A program made the translations under genes and the position numbers. The notes under the pieces were generated by a model. That model saw only the letters and a list, made by a program, of their open reading frames with translations. It ran no database searches and had not been told where the DNA came from. DNA of 63,333 bases, filler included, from Choristocarpus tenellus KU-1152 (Eukaryota; Protista; Phaeophyceae): the NCBI GenBank assembly GCA_964200185.2. It is 12 parts of 12 records of this genome, joined end to end, with 100 filler letters (N's around TTAATTAATTAA, not from the genome) between each part and the next. Parts side by side here need not be neighbours in the genome. Positions count along the whole stretch, not along the records: positions 24,416 to 34,040 come from CAXNAD020003523.1; positions 34,141 to 36,877 come from CAXNAD020025181.1; positions 36,978 to 52,581 come from CAXNAD020000965.1; 9 more parts are not named here. The stretch is one strand, 5' to 3'. Within the stretch, counting starts at the first letter, position 1, and each line of letters starts with the position of its first letter. Of this stretch, positions 25,384 through 39,650 are shown in pieces.

Positions 25384-26639
25384 AACCAAGGTAATGAGTG
25401 GAAGAAGAGAGGTTCTTCCAAGCCATCTGTGCCTATCCACTCTTCTACTACTACTACTGGAGATATGGAAGGACACAACAAATAATTATTCGAGTTCTAT
25501 AGGTTGAAACCTTAATGGTAGAGATCTAGATGATTAATTGGTAGTATATCAATAGTATTTTTTAATTTAGGAGTATAGTACTATGTTGTAGTAGTACAAA
25601 TAAATTATTAGTGGTGAATATGTTAAGTCGAAACATTCAATTATATAGTTATTTTTTTGTAAATATTGAAGGACAGAACTACCTTGTTCATCACTACTTC
25701 ACGACTGAAAATGGACATTTACAACACAACAAGAAAAGATTGTCAACCAAGTTCAGAAATCAAGATGGAATTGATGGCAGAACGCATGAAAACCATGCCA
25801 TTTTCACAGATTGCCATTAAAAGAAACCCTGTAAAATGCCCAATTAAATGGGTGTCTGAGGATATGCAGGCAACACACGTACTTGACTTCATGTAATGTT
25901 TTGTTAACTCATCCATGGAATTCATATTGAAATTGGGGTTAGAGATAGTGTGTAGGTATGGGTTGTGTGCAATCAAACATCGCTCCAGTCTTATAATCCT
26001 GGTTCAAAGAAAACATTGATTGACTGGAGGGCAATATGGTGAGATGAAATAAACCATTGAAGATGTATAATATGTCGAATAAATTAATTGTTTTGTCCAT
26101 GGAAATTACCATTGCCATACACTCCCACTGACCAAGCCTGCCAAATATTTCCAAAGATACGGTTGTTCCTTAAACCAGACTTACTTTGTCAAACCGACAT
26201 TACGCAACTACTACATACAAACAAATTGAACCTCGGTTCCTAGTTCTTTGACGAAATATATACTGGCTACATACACACCCTTACCAAATACCCCTTTACT
26301 AAATAGAATGAGTATGGACATTTCTGTTACTTGCATCATCTACACTCCCAAACACGATACAAATTAATAGACCAGCTGTGCATACTCCTCCGATGAATGA
26401 AGAGCATGTGTGAGAAGCATTGTCAACATCATGCACGAACATGATCAGCCCTCCTGCAACGACCACACTTCCCTTGAGAAAAATGAAGACTTAACCTCCT
26501 CAAATTGTGCCCTTTTGCACATAACATTACCCACTAGTAACTAACGATAAAACAAAATAGCATGGTCTTCTTTGTAAACACTACGCCTTCTCATCCATGA
26601 AACACAATACAAAAACACACACACACACAAGATAACAGC

Positions 26640-28100
26640 CAACCATCACGATTCGTAAATATCAATACCCGTGAATAAGAAACAAAGCTACCACCCCTGC
26701 ACGGTCTATATAATGACCTAATGAAACACCTGGCCCATCTGCACAATTCAGAGGAACACAAACTTGTGTTTCACAAGAACAAATACCCTTGCAATACGAC
26801 ACCAACGCATGTACAACATTAGTACTATGCACTGGCAAAACCAGGTAGTTACAGTAGTCAATCTCAATCAAGGCTTGCTGCTCGCATCCTCCCTCCTATC
26901 ATAACAAGAAGGGTATCACCAACAACATGTATTTTCCTGGCTGGCCAGGGTGGTATACACTTGTAGAAAACTACATCAGCACGTTGGAAGATCTGAAACA
27001 AACCATCTATCCTGCCTTCCCCACCCTAACGCATGCAGTAGCATTTGCTGCTTGCCCAGGCAGAATGTCTCTTCTGGAAGGAAACACTCAATACGACAGG
27101 TGGCAATCAGGCAGTGTCCATCAATCCACGTTCAAGCTAACCCTTGATACAATCGCTTCTGGCCTACCCTCTACCCTCATCAAACAACAACGACCATTGA
27201 TGATCCTCCTTGCCACCTCTGGATAACTCAAATCCAGCAAAGCCCTCATAGCAAGAAGTCAGAACATGAATGGTGCAACACTTACCAACTTCTCTCCTAC
27301 CAAGCATTGACCTAGAACAAAGTACAGATTCATAACAGCCCTGCCAAGCCCCCAGCACTAGGAAATCAGGCCAATCTTCTCTCCAATGAAACTTATCTCC
27401 CTACAGCTAATGAAATATCCACCCCTACTTTGGGCACCACTTCTCCTTACACCACTAAACCTACAAACGACTTCGCCATCGCAAGCCCGCCATCTCCCTC
27501 AACCCATACACTGCATACATGCCATTATAGCATGACACCCCTTCCACCTTCTCTATGAAGAGTTGGGAAGTCCTTAATGCCCCGGCATGTCTTTTGTATG
27601 GCATGCACCACCAAACATAAATATATCTCAAATCAATGTTTGGCATCACAGCTCTCATTGCCAATGTCGTTCTTTGTACAGAAACTTACAAACTCTGCTG
27701 GCGCTCTCCTCACAGAATATATGGCATGGGACAGGTGAAGGCGCAAATGAGAGGGCTGGGGGGCACACCACCTGCCCCTATCCTGTCCCTTCATACGCGC
27801 TCAACACCCGGCCGTAACAAGCGAGGGTATTCATACAAACCACTAGCCCTGACTAATGATCGCCAATTCCATCCACCAGAAAACATGAAGACCTTTCCCT
27901 CTCAGCTCCCTCTGTATCACGAGCATCTTCAGCTCCCTCGACAAACATTTCTCACAAGCCATCCAAAGAGTGACTCATATATCCCCTCAGACTCATTTCT
28001 ACCTCAACATCTCCAACAATCATTCCCACCCTTGAACAAGAAATGCTGGTAGTTGGTCACACGCCCACACAATTGCATCCCCTCCTTCTTCTAGCCTCCA
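26640..28100 (+). mobile_element. Decayed LINE reverse transcriptase remnant
   Basis: FPGWPGWYTLVENYISTLEDLKQ...VAFAA resembles the non-LTR RT region GFRPG.ST...IED...D..KAFD; there are many stops. Confidence 0.35.
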
Positions 28101-28151
28101 CTTGACAAATGTCGGCTCTCCCTCCTCCTCCCCCTCCTCCTCCTGATTTGT

Positions 28152-29628
28152 CTAGGGCATGACCTCCGCAGGTGGACAGAGTCGGGTACCCTTGGTCCTC
28201 AGTCCATGATAGCTCAGATGAATGATTGGGTAAGGGGACCGTAAAAAGGGATGATCAAGCACATTGAACTCACTAACTGCCTCCGGATGGAAAAACTCGG
28301 CAGAGATGTCATGGGCCATAGGCAGATGCCTAAGACCCCGGTCCAGGGTTTCCTGCCAATATTTGCGGGTAAAGATCGGTTTCATAAGTTTCACATTGTG
28401 AAGGAGCAGAAAGTGCAAATAGTGGTTCAACGAAGAGACAGGGGCCAAGAGAAACAGCCGTAGCCCTTTCCCAGTGTTCTAAGAGGACCTGTGTGGAGAA
28501 TTCATATGTAAGCAATGACCGCTAACTAGTATGAAGGCTTGAAAGAAGTTAAAGCAGATCAATATACTATAATTACTTCCCTTTAACTTATCAAGCACTT
28601 GGAGGTAGTATCAATGCATAACCTATTTTGCATTATCATGAAGAGCAAAAGCACTGGAAATTTGGAAGTATTGCAGGGAGGTGTAGATGAAAAATGACAT
28701 TCGGTGGATGTATTTTTGGGGCTGCAGGCAATGGGAGGGTGAAAGAGTAGTTTGGTGTACAGTCAAGCAACACGCAGTAACCAAAATGGGCAACAAAGAC
28801 AACAAGACTCAAGTGCATGCTAGGGAGTAATATAACAGAAAAAAATCAAATAATGCGTAAGGTAAGATTTGGTATTGGTGACATCAGTTGATCGGCAGTT
28901 CGTCAAGACATTTCTAAAGTTTCAATAGATGGACGCTGGAGTGAGCAGACTCTGAGACAAAAAAAAAAAGGTGAGGGCCTGGGCACTTACACAAGACAGT
29001 TGAGGTGCAGAAATAACAGAAGACAAAACGTATTAGACAGGACGAGTGGCAAGCACTCTCTGACCTGAAAACCTTCAAAGCATTTGGCATTGAACGTGGA
29101 GAAGTCAGGGGTGATGACAACTGTGCTGTAGCATGGAGGAGAGTTGAAGCTGTAATCTGGCAGAGGAAAGTTAAACGGGAAGGGGAAGCATAGATCAGGA
29201 GGCAAATTTTGTGAGATTCATTGGACAAGGGGATAACAAGACGGCAATGGTAGGCCTGTCTGAAAAAGAAATAACTCAAAACTGTTCCATCACAGCTGTT
29301 CATAAACCAATCGTACACATACACACTGCTACCATAAAACACATCTACCACATGACATTGACCACTTGCATCAGGACTGAAAGAGTGGGCAAAATGAACC
29401 CACATATCCACATACTTACCCTTTTCGTCCCCATCCCTCTCCAGAATAATGGGTTCAAACAGTGACTTTGTAAAAACTATTCTGTAGCACTTAATAACCA
29501 CACCTTCAACAAAAAGGAGGGTCTTGATGCTTCAAATCTCTTTACAAAACAAGCTTGAAATGAGGTTCCAAGCAACGTACCTTTCCAAAAGGTTAAATCA
29601 CCCCTAACCACCTAAACCCTCATCTTCA

Positions 29629-29659
<31 letters not shown>

Positions 29660-32600
29660 CCCCACCACCCACACAACCCCCCCGTGGGGACTCCACAGCC
29701 AGCCTCTGTTGCCTTGGTTGCTATCTCCATGGCCGCTTCCCACAAATCTGCGTAGGCTTCCTCTGCCGTAGTAGACCTCACTACGACATACTGTGCAACC
29801 TGTTGACACAGGGAATACAGACGATCCAAAGCCAACCGCTAAACAAGTGAACAGCCTGTGAACATCACTAAGAGGTTACTGCGAGGAATATAGGAGGTAT
29901 GTTGGGGGGGGGGGGGGGGGGGGGGGGGGCGGCGGTGCACAAAAGGGGGTTGGTATGAGTAGGGCGTAACACCACACCCACAGAGNNNNNNNNNNGGGGG
30001 GGGGGGGGGGGGAGGGGGAATGTCGCTTTGCAAACAGTTGGCTTGATATCAATGTGACATACTGATGCACCACACTGTGGCCCATGAATCTACTAGCGTT
30101 ACAGCTCTTTTCACGCCATGCTACTCAACTCCAGATCATACATCAGTAGAGGGATGAGGTGAGAGAACAAGCATGGTGCTTCAATACATCGAGATGTTAA
30201 CCAACTACTAAAAATGGCATGATCCCCCTTGACTGGAGAGATCAACAGGCAACCACTGGAACAACATGAGGGTGTACTAACTCCTGTGCAAGCAACCCAT
30301 TTCTCTTTCCCAGGTCACACCTCCTGCGCATTTCCACTCATCATAACCAATTCCACCTCATCTTCGAAATTGGGCGACACGTTCTCGGAGGGACACATAA
30401 CATAGAGAAAGGGAGGACCAACAAAAGCAAAACAGGAGTGCACTTATCTATGCACTCTGCAGTCACTAGGACACTGACATTGTCTGCACAAGACTGGATT
30501 GGATGCCCCTACGCACATTTTTCATTTGCTGCACTAGCTTCTTCCCTCGGAGCACACCCCTCTCAGGAATCCTTCTTCTTGCCCCCATCTCTTCCCTGTC
30601 CCCTCCGCCTGCCGTCCCCATCATAGGTTCAGGAGGTGCATTACCGCCCGGCACCACCACGTCATTGGGCTCGCCTGCTGCTCCCACTCCAGAAGACCCC
30701 TGCTTCTGTTCCTGTTGACCTGCGGCGGCGTCGAGCTCCTCAGCTGCCTTCAAGGCCCCCTTCAACCACTCCTGCAGTAAACGAGCATCACAAATATAAT
30801 CAGCATCAAAAAAAGAGCGTTCTCACGTCAAAACAAAACAGTCAACAATGATAGCGAAATATGCAGCAAGTGATCGTTAAGGCGGTTTCCCATCCCCTGC
30901 TCCTGTACACCTCAACAGCACCATGCAGCCCCATGGAGTCACTCCACGGGAGTATTTCCTCGTCCCTATTACCCTCAAACCTCCAAAATTAACCTCACTT
31001 GTTACTACCCTCCTGACAACACCTCATTGTCTTGCCTGTGTCGCCTGCAACACTCCCTGACTGCCCTCTGTCTTGCCATGCTCAACAGTGTCGGACATGC
31101 TGAGGTTCTTCACTCCAGCGACGGTGTCTTCCTTTCCATATGCAGCCGCACCCCTATATAACTCCTCAAGTGGTCCCCTGCAAGGGACAAAAGAGGCAGT
31201 AGTGGAAAAGGCATTGGCAACATCAATCTCAAACATGTAACACAAGGCAAGCAAGCTAAAGGGGGATGGAAGGAAGGAAGGAAGGAAGGAAGGAAGGCAT
31301 ATCGACACATGAACCCCAAGTCATTTCCATAGCGACAGCGGACAAGAGATAACAATGTTATCACCCCATGGTCACTCAATCCACGGGCACGTCATCTTGG
31401 GGCAACAGGACCACTAAACATGAAGCAAAGAAGAGCTTATCTTTGATGGGCAAGTGGGAAGAAAGTGAACCTCCCCTCCCATCATGACATGATTGCTGGG
31501 CAAGTGGGAAGAATGTTCTTACTTGCCCAGCACGACAGGATTGCTGGGCAAGTAAGAACATTCTTCAAACTCTTCTTGACGCATTTTTCTCATTAGGGTT
31601 ATAGGGTTTGGGAGAACAGATTTCCCGTTCTTTTGTCTGATATGCAGTGGGTGGTGTTCATATCATACGGGTACAAGCGTGACACTGGATTTTTTTCTTC
31701 TTTTTCCCCCCTTCTACGAAAAGGGAGTTGCAATGTCAATGGCGTTCAAGACATCCTGTCCCAGCTGATACATTGTGCTCGGGTTTCCTTTTTTTCTTTT
31801 CTGCCTTCTTTTCACTACATCAACCACTTTCTTCTTATTCTTGTTTGTTAATTTTTCTGTCTTTGGAGTGCTCTCTATTTCATCACGTTTTGAGCTCCTG
31901 CCTTTCCTCTAACAACCATTTGACCACAGGTTTGGGAGTCCTCAAGACCAAATACGAAAAATTAATAATATTAACACTATCAATAATACAAGGTCTTTCT
32001 AATAAAAGGTGAGATGTTTTGCCTGGCCCGACTCTTGTTACACTCCGAGTCTGTCCTTGCTCAAGTTGTGGTAGTGGTCGGAGCACTGTAACCTGTGACA
32101 ATGCCAGGAATTACCATAGTAAGTACTGTCAGAGCATACATGAAATTATCTTGTTACAACAACAAAAAACCGTCTTGAGAAATGTACCCTTGCCCTCCAC
32201 TAACATGGATGCCTCAAGCCCCTATTATTGTAAGACACCAGCACCAAACTGGTTAAGGAATATTGCCAAGGTTCTGCTGCAGAAGGTGTCATCCAGGCTG
32301 GCAATGATGACATACAACGCACAGCTCAGATGGGATTAACGCCTGGGTCAACAATAGCAACACCAGCTGGAGATGCCAAGGAGGGGCTTGGCACATGGTC
32401 ACAAGAGGGGACAATCCCCAATATTTGGATACACTCTCTTTCCTCCAGTCCAACTATTACTGACACCAACGTGAACAGTCCAACAAACCCTCAGGATAAA
32501 GGGTAGCGGATAGATGTAAGAGAGGGTGCACATTAGAAAGACACAGCAAGGAGAAGCAGTCATGCCTGGGAACTACAGAGGTACAGGGGAAGAGAAGAAG

Positions 32601-34040
32601 GGAATGGGGATGCTAGCCCCCTCAAGTCCATCGAGTCATCCTCACAATAACAAGATTATACAGGGAAACACGGCAATCGTTCATGTGCTGTACTAATGAA
32701 GGTTTTGTGAAAGGTTTTGTGAAAGGTTTTGTGAACCTACACACTATGGCGGAAATTCTGACCACGAACTATTGGAATTATCATATATCCACACCTTGAC
32801 ACAAAGTCCTGTTCAGTAATCAGCACCGTAAGCCCACCCCTGTCTTATCAATGATTCAACTATCTTATCAATGATTCAACTATCTTATCAATGATTCAAC
32901 TATCTTATCAATGATTCAACTGTCTTATCAAGGATTCAACTATCTTATCAATGATTCAACTATCTTATCAATGATTCAACTGTCTTATCAAGGATTCAAC
33001 TGTCTTATCAATGATTCAACTGTCTTATCATTGATTCAACTGTCTTATCAAGGATTCAACTGTCTTATCAAGGATTCAACTATCCATACAACTTCGAAGG
33101 GGCCCATCTAATCCTTTGCCCTGCTATGCAAAGGGGGATAAACAACCCCCAAAGGCAACCAAGCTGCAGCATTTCAACAACACTCTTCCTCAAGGTGATA
33201 ACCCTACATTCTACACAATGCACACTAAATAACTCGTGCATTAATACTACATACATAATACAGTACAAGTCCAACCCTCACGGAGTGGCAAAAACACTTC
33301 AAGGCGTACGCACACATGGCGGAGAGGAGAGAGGTGCCATCATGCGTGCGTGGCATGATTGGTAGGGCCATCCCGTGCAAGCGGGAGACAGAGAGAGAGT
33401 CAATTGCGGCGGCATCAGCATCGATGCAATCATCGATATCGATCGCACTCAAACCTCAACGCTGCCACTTACGTTGCGTGTATATGGAGCCATTCTCATT
33501 GGTAAGAATTTGTATCCCTTTTCAAAAAAAAAAAAAAATTAAAAAAAAAAAAAGTTGCCCTTTTCGTATCCTCCAACATACAAAAAAAAACCATCGCAAT
33601 GATGTCACCACAAAAAATAAAATAAATACAAATAAAACATTTCTGAACATGCATTTTTTTTTCTTAAGCATCCAACCGGGCACAAAAAAACAAGAAAAAA
33701 ACTCGTAACTGATTTTTCTTTTCTTTTCTTTTCTATCTATATGATAAGAATGTGACCCTTTTTACTGACCCTGCTTGCCAACGGGGTGGTATGCTTAAAA
33801 AACATTGAAAAAAAAACCAAACGGTTCCCTAGACCCCCTTCTTACCTGCTCTTCATCATCCACTCGTTGACCTTCTTGATCTCCTCTGCCTTTCTCATCC
33901 TCTCTGCATTCTCTTTCCTGCGGGCGCTCCCCCCAGTGGTATAGGCTTGACTGCTTCGGATGGGGGGGGAGGGTGGCATCCCATCCCCCTTCCCAGTTGC
34001 TGAACTCTTACTTGACCCTCCTTCCCCCTCCGGTGTGGTT
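28152..34040 (-). CDS. Multi-exon gene encoding a divergent DUF1415-like protein (5'-truncated)
   Basis: Exon edges: one ending at 33846, others starting at 31177, 30771, about 30386 and 29799, plus 29156-29065 and 28352-28152. The C-terminal part reads YVVVRSTTAEEAYADLWEAA...STVVITPDFSTF...AEFFHPE...RSPYPIIHL; FHP and RSPYP.lHL are DUF1415 hallmarks. Some internal junctions are uncertain. Confidence 0.6.
32841..33084. repeat. Minisatellite, 20-bp unit x12 (intronic)
   Basis: t(a/g)tcttatca(a/t)(t/g)gattcaac tandem copies with no spacers. Confidence 0.97.
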
Positions 34041-34140
34041 NNNNNNNNNNNNNNNNNNNNNNNNNNNNNNNNNNNNNNNNNNNNTTAATTAATTAANNNN
34101 NNNNNNNNNNNNNNNNNNNNNNNNNNNNNNNNNNNNNNNN

Positions 34141-34177
34141 GTGTAGACTCCCCCCCCCTCCCAGATACTTTGGGTCC
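34141..34177 (-). mobile_element. MITE subfamily A terminus at contig start
   Basis: gtgtagact-C(n)-tcccagatactttgggtcc. Confidence 0.75.
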
Positions 34178-35552
34178 ACAGTTCTGTTGAAATAAGATGG
34201 TAAATGTCAATACACAAGTTTGAGCATAAACAGCGCAACAAAAAAAGATAAAAGTAAATAATCTCAAGAATATACTTGAAACTGCATGGCAGTTTTTTCA
34301 ACGTCCATCAGCACAAATGTCTACATTGCAAAAACACACAGTGTTGAAGGACGCTCCAATTGAGCTGACACCATACCCCCACCGATCCCCCCACACGCGG
34401 TTTCCATCCTCTACAGCAGTATCCACAACCTGCATAAAACTGGTGTAGGCAAAGTTGCTGTATAGGAGTGCAATGGGCCAACAAAAGAGGGTAGTATGGT
34501 CAAAAATATGTAACAAAAACAAAAGATCAAAAAGATATAGTTGAAGTATGTAGTGATATGTGTTTCAATCTGCCAAAATAGGTAGGTGGTTGACTAATGA
34601 CAAGATTTTTGGGACCAATCATAAAAAACTCTTGGTTGAAGCACCACCTACTAGGAACACTTCAAGAGTACTACTTCAACATGCTCTTGCTAGTGTACAA
34701 GTGTTAGTACAGAGAAGCCTACATGTTCACTATCAGTTCTAGAATCGCTTTGATTGCTATAGGTTCACAAGGTTTCTATTCCACGGTCATGGGATACTCA
34801 ATAAACTTAACTCTGATAAAATATATGCTTGGGTACTCATGGTGAATGATTTTTTGGAGAGCAGTTATAATACAAAAGGTCCAAGGATATGGCAAACGGA
34901 AATCTGTTATAAAGTGTGATAACTAAATCAGGTAGGTGAAATGGTTGGGCATAAGATGATCCACAGTGAAACGAGGGAAACACCAGTCAACCAGCTCCAA
35001 TCAATGGACAAGCAAGTGAAAGGTGAGGCAGGGGATTGAAGAATGGATATTATAATCTGAGGTGGAGAAAATGAGGGATGGAGGGCATTGTGTAGATGTT
35101 TAACCGGGCAATGGGCAAACTATTGAAAATACTAAGAACTTGGGCATCCTATTGACTGAGTCCCAGCCAGAGCTGGGAATGGAACAATTTAAGACGGACC
35201 CTTGCATTTTTTGGTGGAAGGCATAAGGGGACATGGTGCGACTTGTACAAATCAATGCTGACGAAATTAAAGCGATTGAAGGGACCACGTGGTGCAATCA
35301 ACATGGTAAAGGGATGGAAAAAGAATTTCCCATTACTCTTTTGAGAGATAGATGATTTGTAATGGGATGCTGTGTCACCAGGAACCAGGGGAATACAACA
35401 GAATCTTTGCGCAAGCAGGTGTATGTGAAGTGGTTGATGACATAATATAGGGCAATGAGGGTGTTGGACGTGGCAGCAGTTACAAAATCAATAGTAGTTG
35501 AGGGTCTATTGGGGTAGGATTGGGTCCTTGGTTGGTGGATTGATTAAGGCAT

Positions 35553-35935
35553 CAACTGATTGTCTATGCAAATGCTAACTATGCCAATTGTGTTGCAACT
35601 GGGAATTTGGTGTCAGGGGATGTTGTAATGTAAAGGGGAGGATGTGTGACTTGGTAGTTGAAGATGGACAAGACAGCTACACTGCTATCCACTGAAGTGG
35701 AGCATGTGTGTGTACATAGGAAATATACCTCTGGCAGGTTCAGTTATTTGTAGGGCCTGGTATCAAGAGGTACAGTGTGTATTGCTGGAAGATCGACTTA
35801 GCACAGAGTGTCACATCCAGCAGTAGGTCCAAGCACATGGATGTGACATACAACTACATCATGTGGAGAGTAGGGATCAGAAATCTTAGATGTTTCCAAA
35901 GTCCTAGAACAACCTCAATAAATTTTCCATGAGGA
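35553..35935 (+). mobile_element. Ty1/Copia RNase H remnant
   Basis: QLIVYANANYANC..TGNLVSG.VVM*RGGCVTW...LLSTEVEH...SSRSKHMDVTYNYI; contains stops. Confidence 0.8.
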
Positions 35936-38867
35936 TAATACTGTGTTTGGGATAGGTCACAGGTGATTGGAAGATAGTACATATTTGATTTGATATGAGC
36001 AGTGGATTTACATCCTGTATGATACGTTAACCACGCATGCACATCTGCTGTGATGTGGAAACTCCCTTCAATGTGTGTTGAATTCTCCTCCGAGGTATAA
36101 TCCAAAGAGAAGTACTGTACCACAGTTTACACAATATGGCAAACAGTCAACTAGTACAACAGTACCACCATTGAAGGAATTATACATATTTTGAACTTTA
36201 ACATCAGCAAGCAGGTTACAACTGAATTTACTCTAGAATAACAGTGTGCAGTGGTAGCATGGGTAGTGACAGAGCATCCCCACCTTGGGTGAGCTTCTCA
36301 CCTACTCAACAATTGGGTAGATAAGTATTGGGTACTAACAAATAAGGAAGGAAAGGGTAGTCCTCCTTCAACACCGATTCACCCAAACACAAATGTCTTA
36401 ATATAGGGGTCCTGGGACAGGAAAAGAAGCAACACCACCAAATCGTTTGATCTTCACCGCATTGTTAAAAATCAAAATTATGTACTTGCTATGTGACTCC
36501 ATCAAATAGGCTTTACTACAATGATTAGTGGCCTAGAAAAAACTAGGATGAACCATTGCACAATCACTACAAATTAGGTACGATGCATGGAGAAGTTGAA
36601 GATTCTCTTGAGTATACAAAAATTACAGCTTTTCCTTTAGCTAAATATAAAGACTGCAACAATGAAGGTAGAACTAGCCGAGACATCAAAACGATTAATA
36701 CTCTGCTTAAGGGCAATGCAATAAAGAAAAACATGGTTCTGTGCAAATTACCTTGGGAGGTAATGCTATTTGTCAGTAGTGACGATAAGAAGGTGTGAAG
36801 CCTCACACGACCCCTTTCGCTGAACGTGAAAAGAATGGATGGTTGAAATTAGAAGAGTGAGCTTTGTGGGCTGTCTTNNNNNNNNNNNNNNNNNNNNNNN
36901 NNNNNNNNNNNNNNNNNNNNNTTAATTAATTAANNNNNNNNNNNNNNNNNNNNNNNNNNNNNNNNNNNNNNNNNNNNAAAAAGCTTTTTTAGGTTGGAAT
37001 GGAATTTAGGAATTTAGGGGAAATTATAGATCTTCTTTTTTTGTGGGAGGGGGGGGGGGGGGGGGTAGTATACGTTTACGACTCTATTCTTGCGAATCAA
37101 TAATACACCAGGTTCTTTTTGCTTCATCTACTTTCTCGAGGCATCATGACAAGGGGCATCTTCACCTTACCACTTATAATAGTTCCAACCTGTTTCAACT
37201 TCTACAGACTAAGACATCAACTTTTATCTCCCAGATTGATTTGGTTAAAAATTGTGTCATATTTCGATAGAATTTCCATTATCATATTAATGATTGTTGG
37301 TATCACTGTATCAATGATTCTCACTATCATTACCATGATTGGTACTTTTCGCCACAATAGTGTGAGGAATCCTAGACGTGTTGGTGGTGGAAAGGTCAAA
37401 TGAAAATAATGAACAAACACAGGTACCACTAGTGGGAGAAGTATTTTCGAAGTGGTTACTCTTGAATACAAGGTTTTTGTATGCTCGATCTTTGTGTTTT
37501 TCCTCCCCTCACCCTCGACACATCTGTAATAGGGCATAGTATTATACGAATGCAAGGAATGGTTTGGGGGTGAGTACCTACTGATATTAAAGCATGATAT
37601 ATTTTCCCTCAAAAATCGAGTGTCGAAAACTCAAAACTATGGTATTAATACTGCATAATTTTAATAGAGTCTCCGTGTACTATTGTACAACATAATATAT
37701 ACGTACCTAGTACGTATGATACTATTATTCCTTCTCATGTTCTCCAGATGTGTCAGGGTAAAACATTCATACATATTATTGTGCCTAATAACAATTTGTA
37801 AATGTGTGAGCAGTTAAAACTCCAACATCAGAGTTGCATATTACCCTTATTAGCACAACATTTTTTTATGGATTGGGTGGAGAAGGGGAGGTGCTAAGCC
37901 TATCCCAATCCCTAACGTGAAGATCACCTCCTCCAAATAATCAAAACAGTTGTGTCCATTGAAATTTGCAACTCCATTGTCGGAAGTTTAACCAGATGAT
38001 GTGGTATGGGGTTGGTGAGGGAGCAACGTTTGGGAGAGAAAGGTACAAGATGAATACTCCATTTTTTTTTCCAAGTGTGGTCACTTCCAACATAATAAAT
38101 TCTAAACAACTGCAGTGCTTCGTCCGTTTGGAATTAAATGTAACATAACATTTGCAACCTCTGTTCTTGCTTGGAACGACCCATGTGTTTTTCCTCTGTA
38201 TGAGGCTTAGTTCTCATATAGATTAGGAGGCGTGCTAGGTTTGACATGGGCTGTCCTGACTGTGGAGGATCACCAGTGCAAAGTCCACTAAGTCGCATTT
38301 GACAGGGTTCAAATACCTCATGAAAGTGTCGAATTGGGTCTTTATTGGGATACCTAGGACAAAGGCCCCCCATTGTTCGAGTCGCTGGCTCATCCTGTCG
38401 TTGCCTGTTGGTCACAGTTCTTTGGCGCAGAAGTCTCTCTGGGGTCAGGACTGAAATGCCGCAACGAAGACTTGGGTGACTTAAATGATGGCGGCCATAG
38501 CAGAGGACTTCGGAATTTCATTAGTCCCCATACTATCTGAACGAGTATGACAGCCACATCGCATCGGGTGAATGCATGGACTTTGTATGATGCTGTATGG
38601 GGCGATGTGGGCGCTGTACAAGTGTAGTCAGCATTTGGGATGTCCCATCAATACACTATACATTCTTCCGCAAATCTGTGAGCAAAGATGGGGTCTTCCT
38701 TGTATCATTGTGGGATCTATGCAAATGCGAGAAGGTATAGAAGGTAAAGCAGTGGGTTAAGCCAGTCCTCTCAGACCAGCATAAAGTCAACAGGGTGCAT
38801 TTTTGTCATCAGCCATACGCATAGGAGGGGAGAAAAGTGGGATATTAGTGGACGATCTTTACAACTG

Positions 38868-39650
38868 GGCACATGTGGACAAGAAGCAGTTTTACATCCT
38901 CAAAGATGGACAAGGCATGTACCTGCACCCCATTGAGGATCCCCCTCAACCCCCCATGGGCACAGAATAAGCGTTACATTTCGGAGTAGATGTTTCTTGC
39001 AGCTGTGGCCTGCCCTAGGAAGCTCTCCAACAGGGTGTGATTTGATAGGAAAATTGGGGTCTGGCCAATCGTGGATACTAAGGTTGCTCAACACTCCAGT
39101 AAACACCGCCCCAAGGGTACACAGGTGCATGTGCCAGACACAGTGGATACAAAGAGGTATAAGATGCTCATGATCGAGGGTGTTGTCCTGGCAATCAGGG
39201 CCCACATGCCTAGGCCGGAAAGACACACCGTCTTCATGTGGCAGGACGGACCAAAGCCACATACCAAGGGGGCAATCATGGAGGCAATCGAGAAGGTGGC
39301 AGGGGACAATATTGTTATAGAGACCCAGCCAGTTACCTCGCCCGACCTCACCGTCAACGACCTGGGATTCTTTCATTCCATCGAGAAACTAAAGGAAGAC
39401 ATGGGGGTGACCAGTACAGAGGAGCTGGTGGAGACCGCAATAGCGTTTGATGTGCACACCTGTGAGACACTAGAGCACGTCTGGCAGTCTCTTTAAGAAA
39501 TAAAAGTGAAGTGCTGGAGTCCAAGGTTGACAACATCTTCAACGTTCCCCATCTTAGCAAGGAAAAGACTGATTAGGTGGGCAAGCTCCCCCCGAGTGGC
39601 TCAGTGGATGTGGCGAAACACCGTGCTGGAATTGAGTTTAGGAAGACTTC
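38868..39650 (+). mobile_element. Tc1/mariner transposase pseudogene with plant-mariner-type motifs
   Basis: HVDKKQFY, MFLAAVA.PR, GKLG.WP, SKHRPKGT, QDGPKPH and QPVTSPDLTVNDLGFFHSI; frameshifted. Confidence 0.9.

Noticed and set aside
32841-33084. CRISPR-like array
   Set aside because: Units are contiguous with no unique spacers, there are no cas genes, and the context is a eukaryotic intron.
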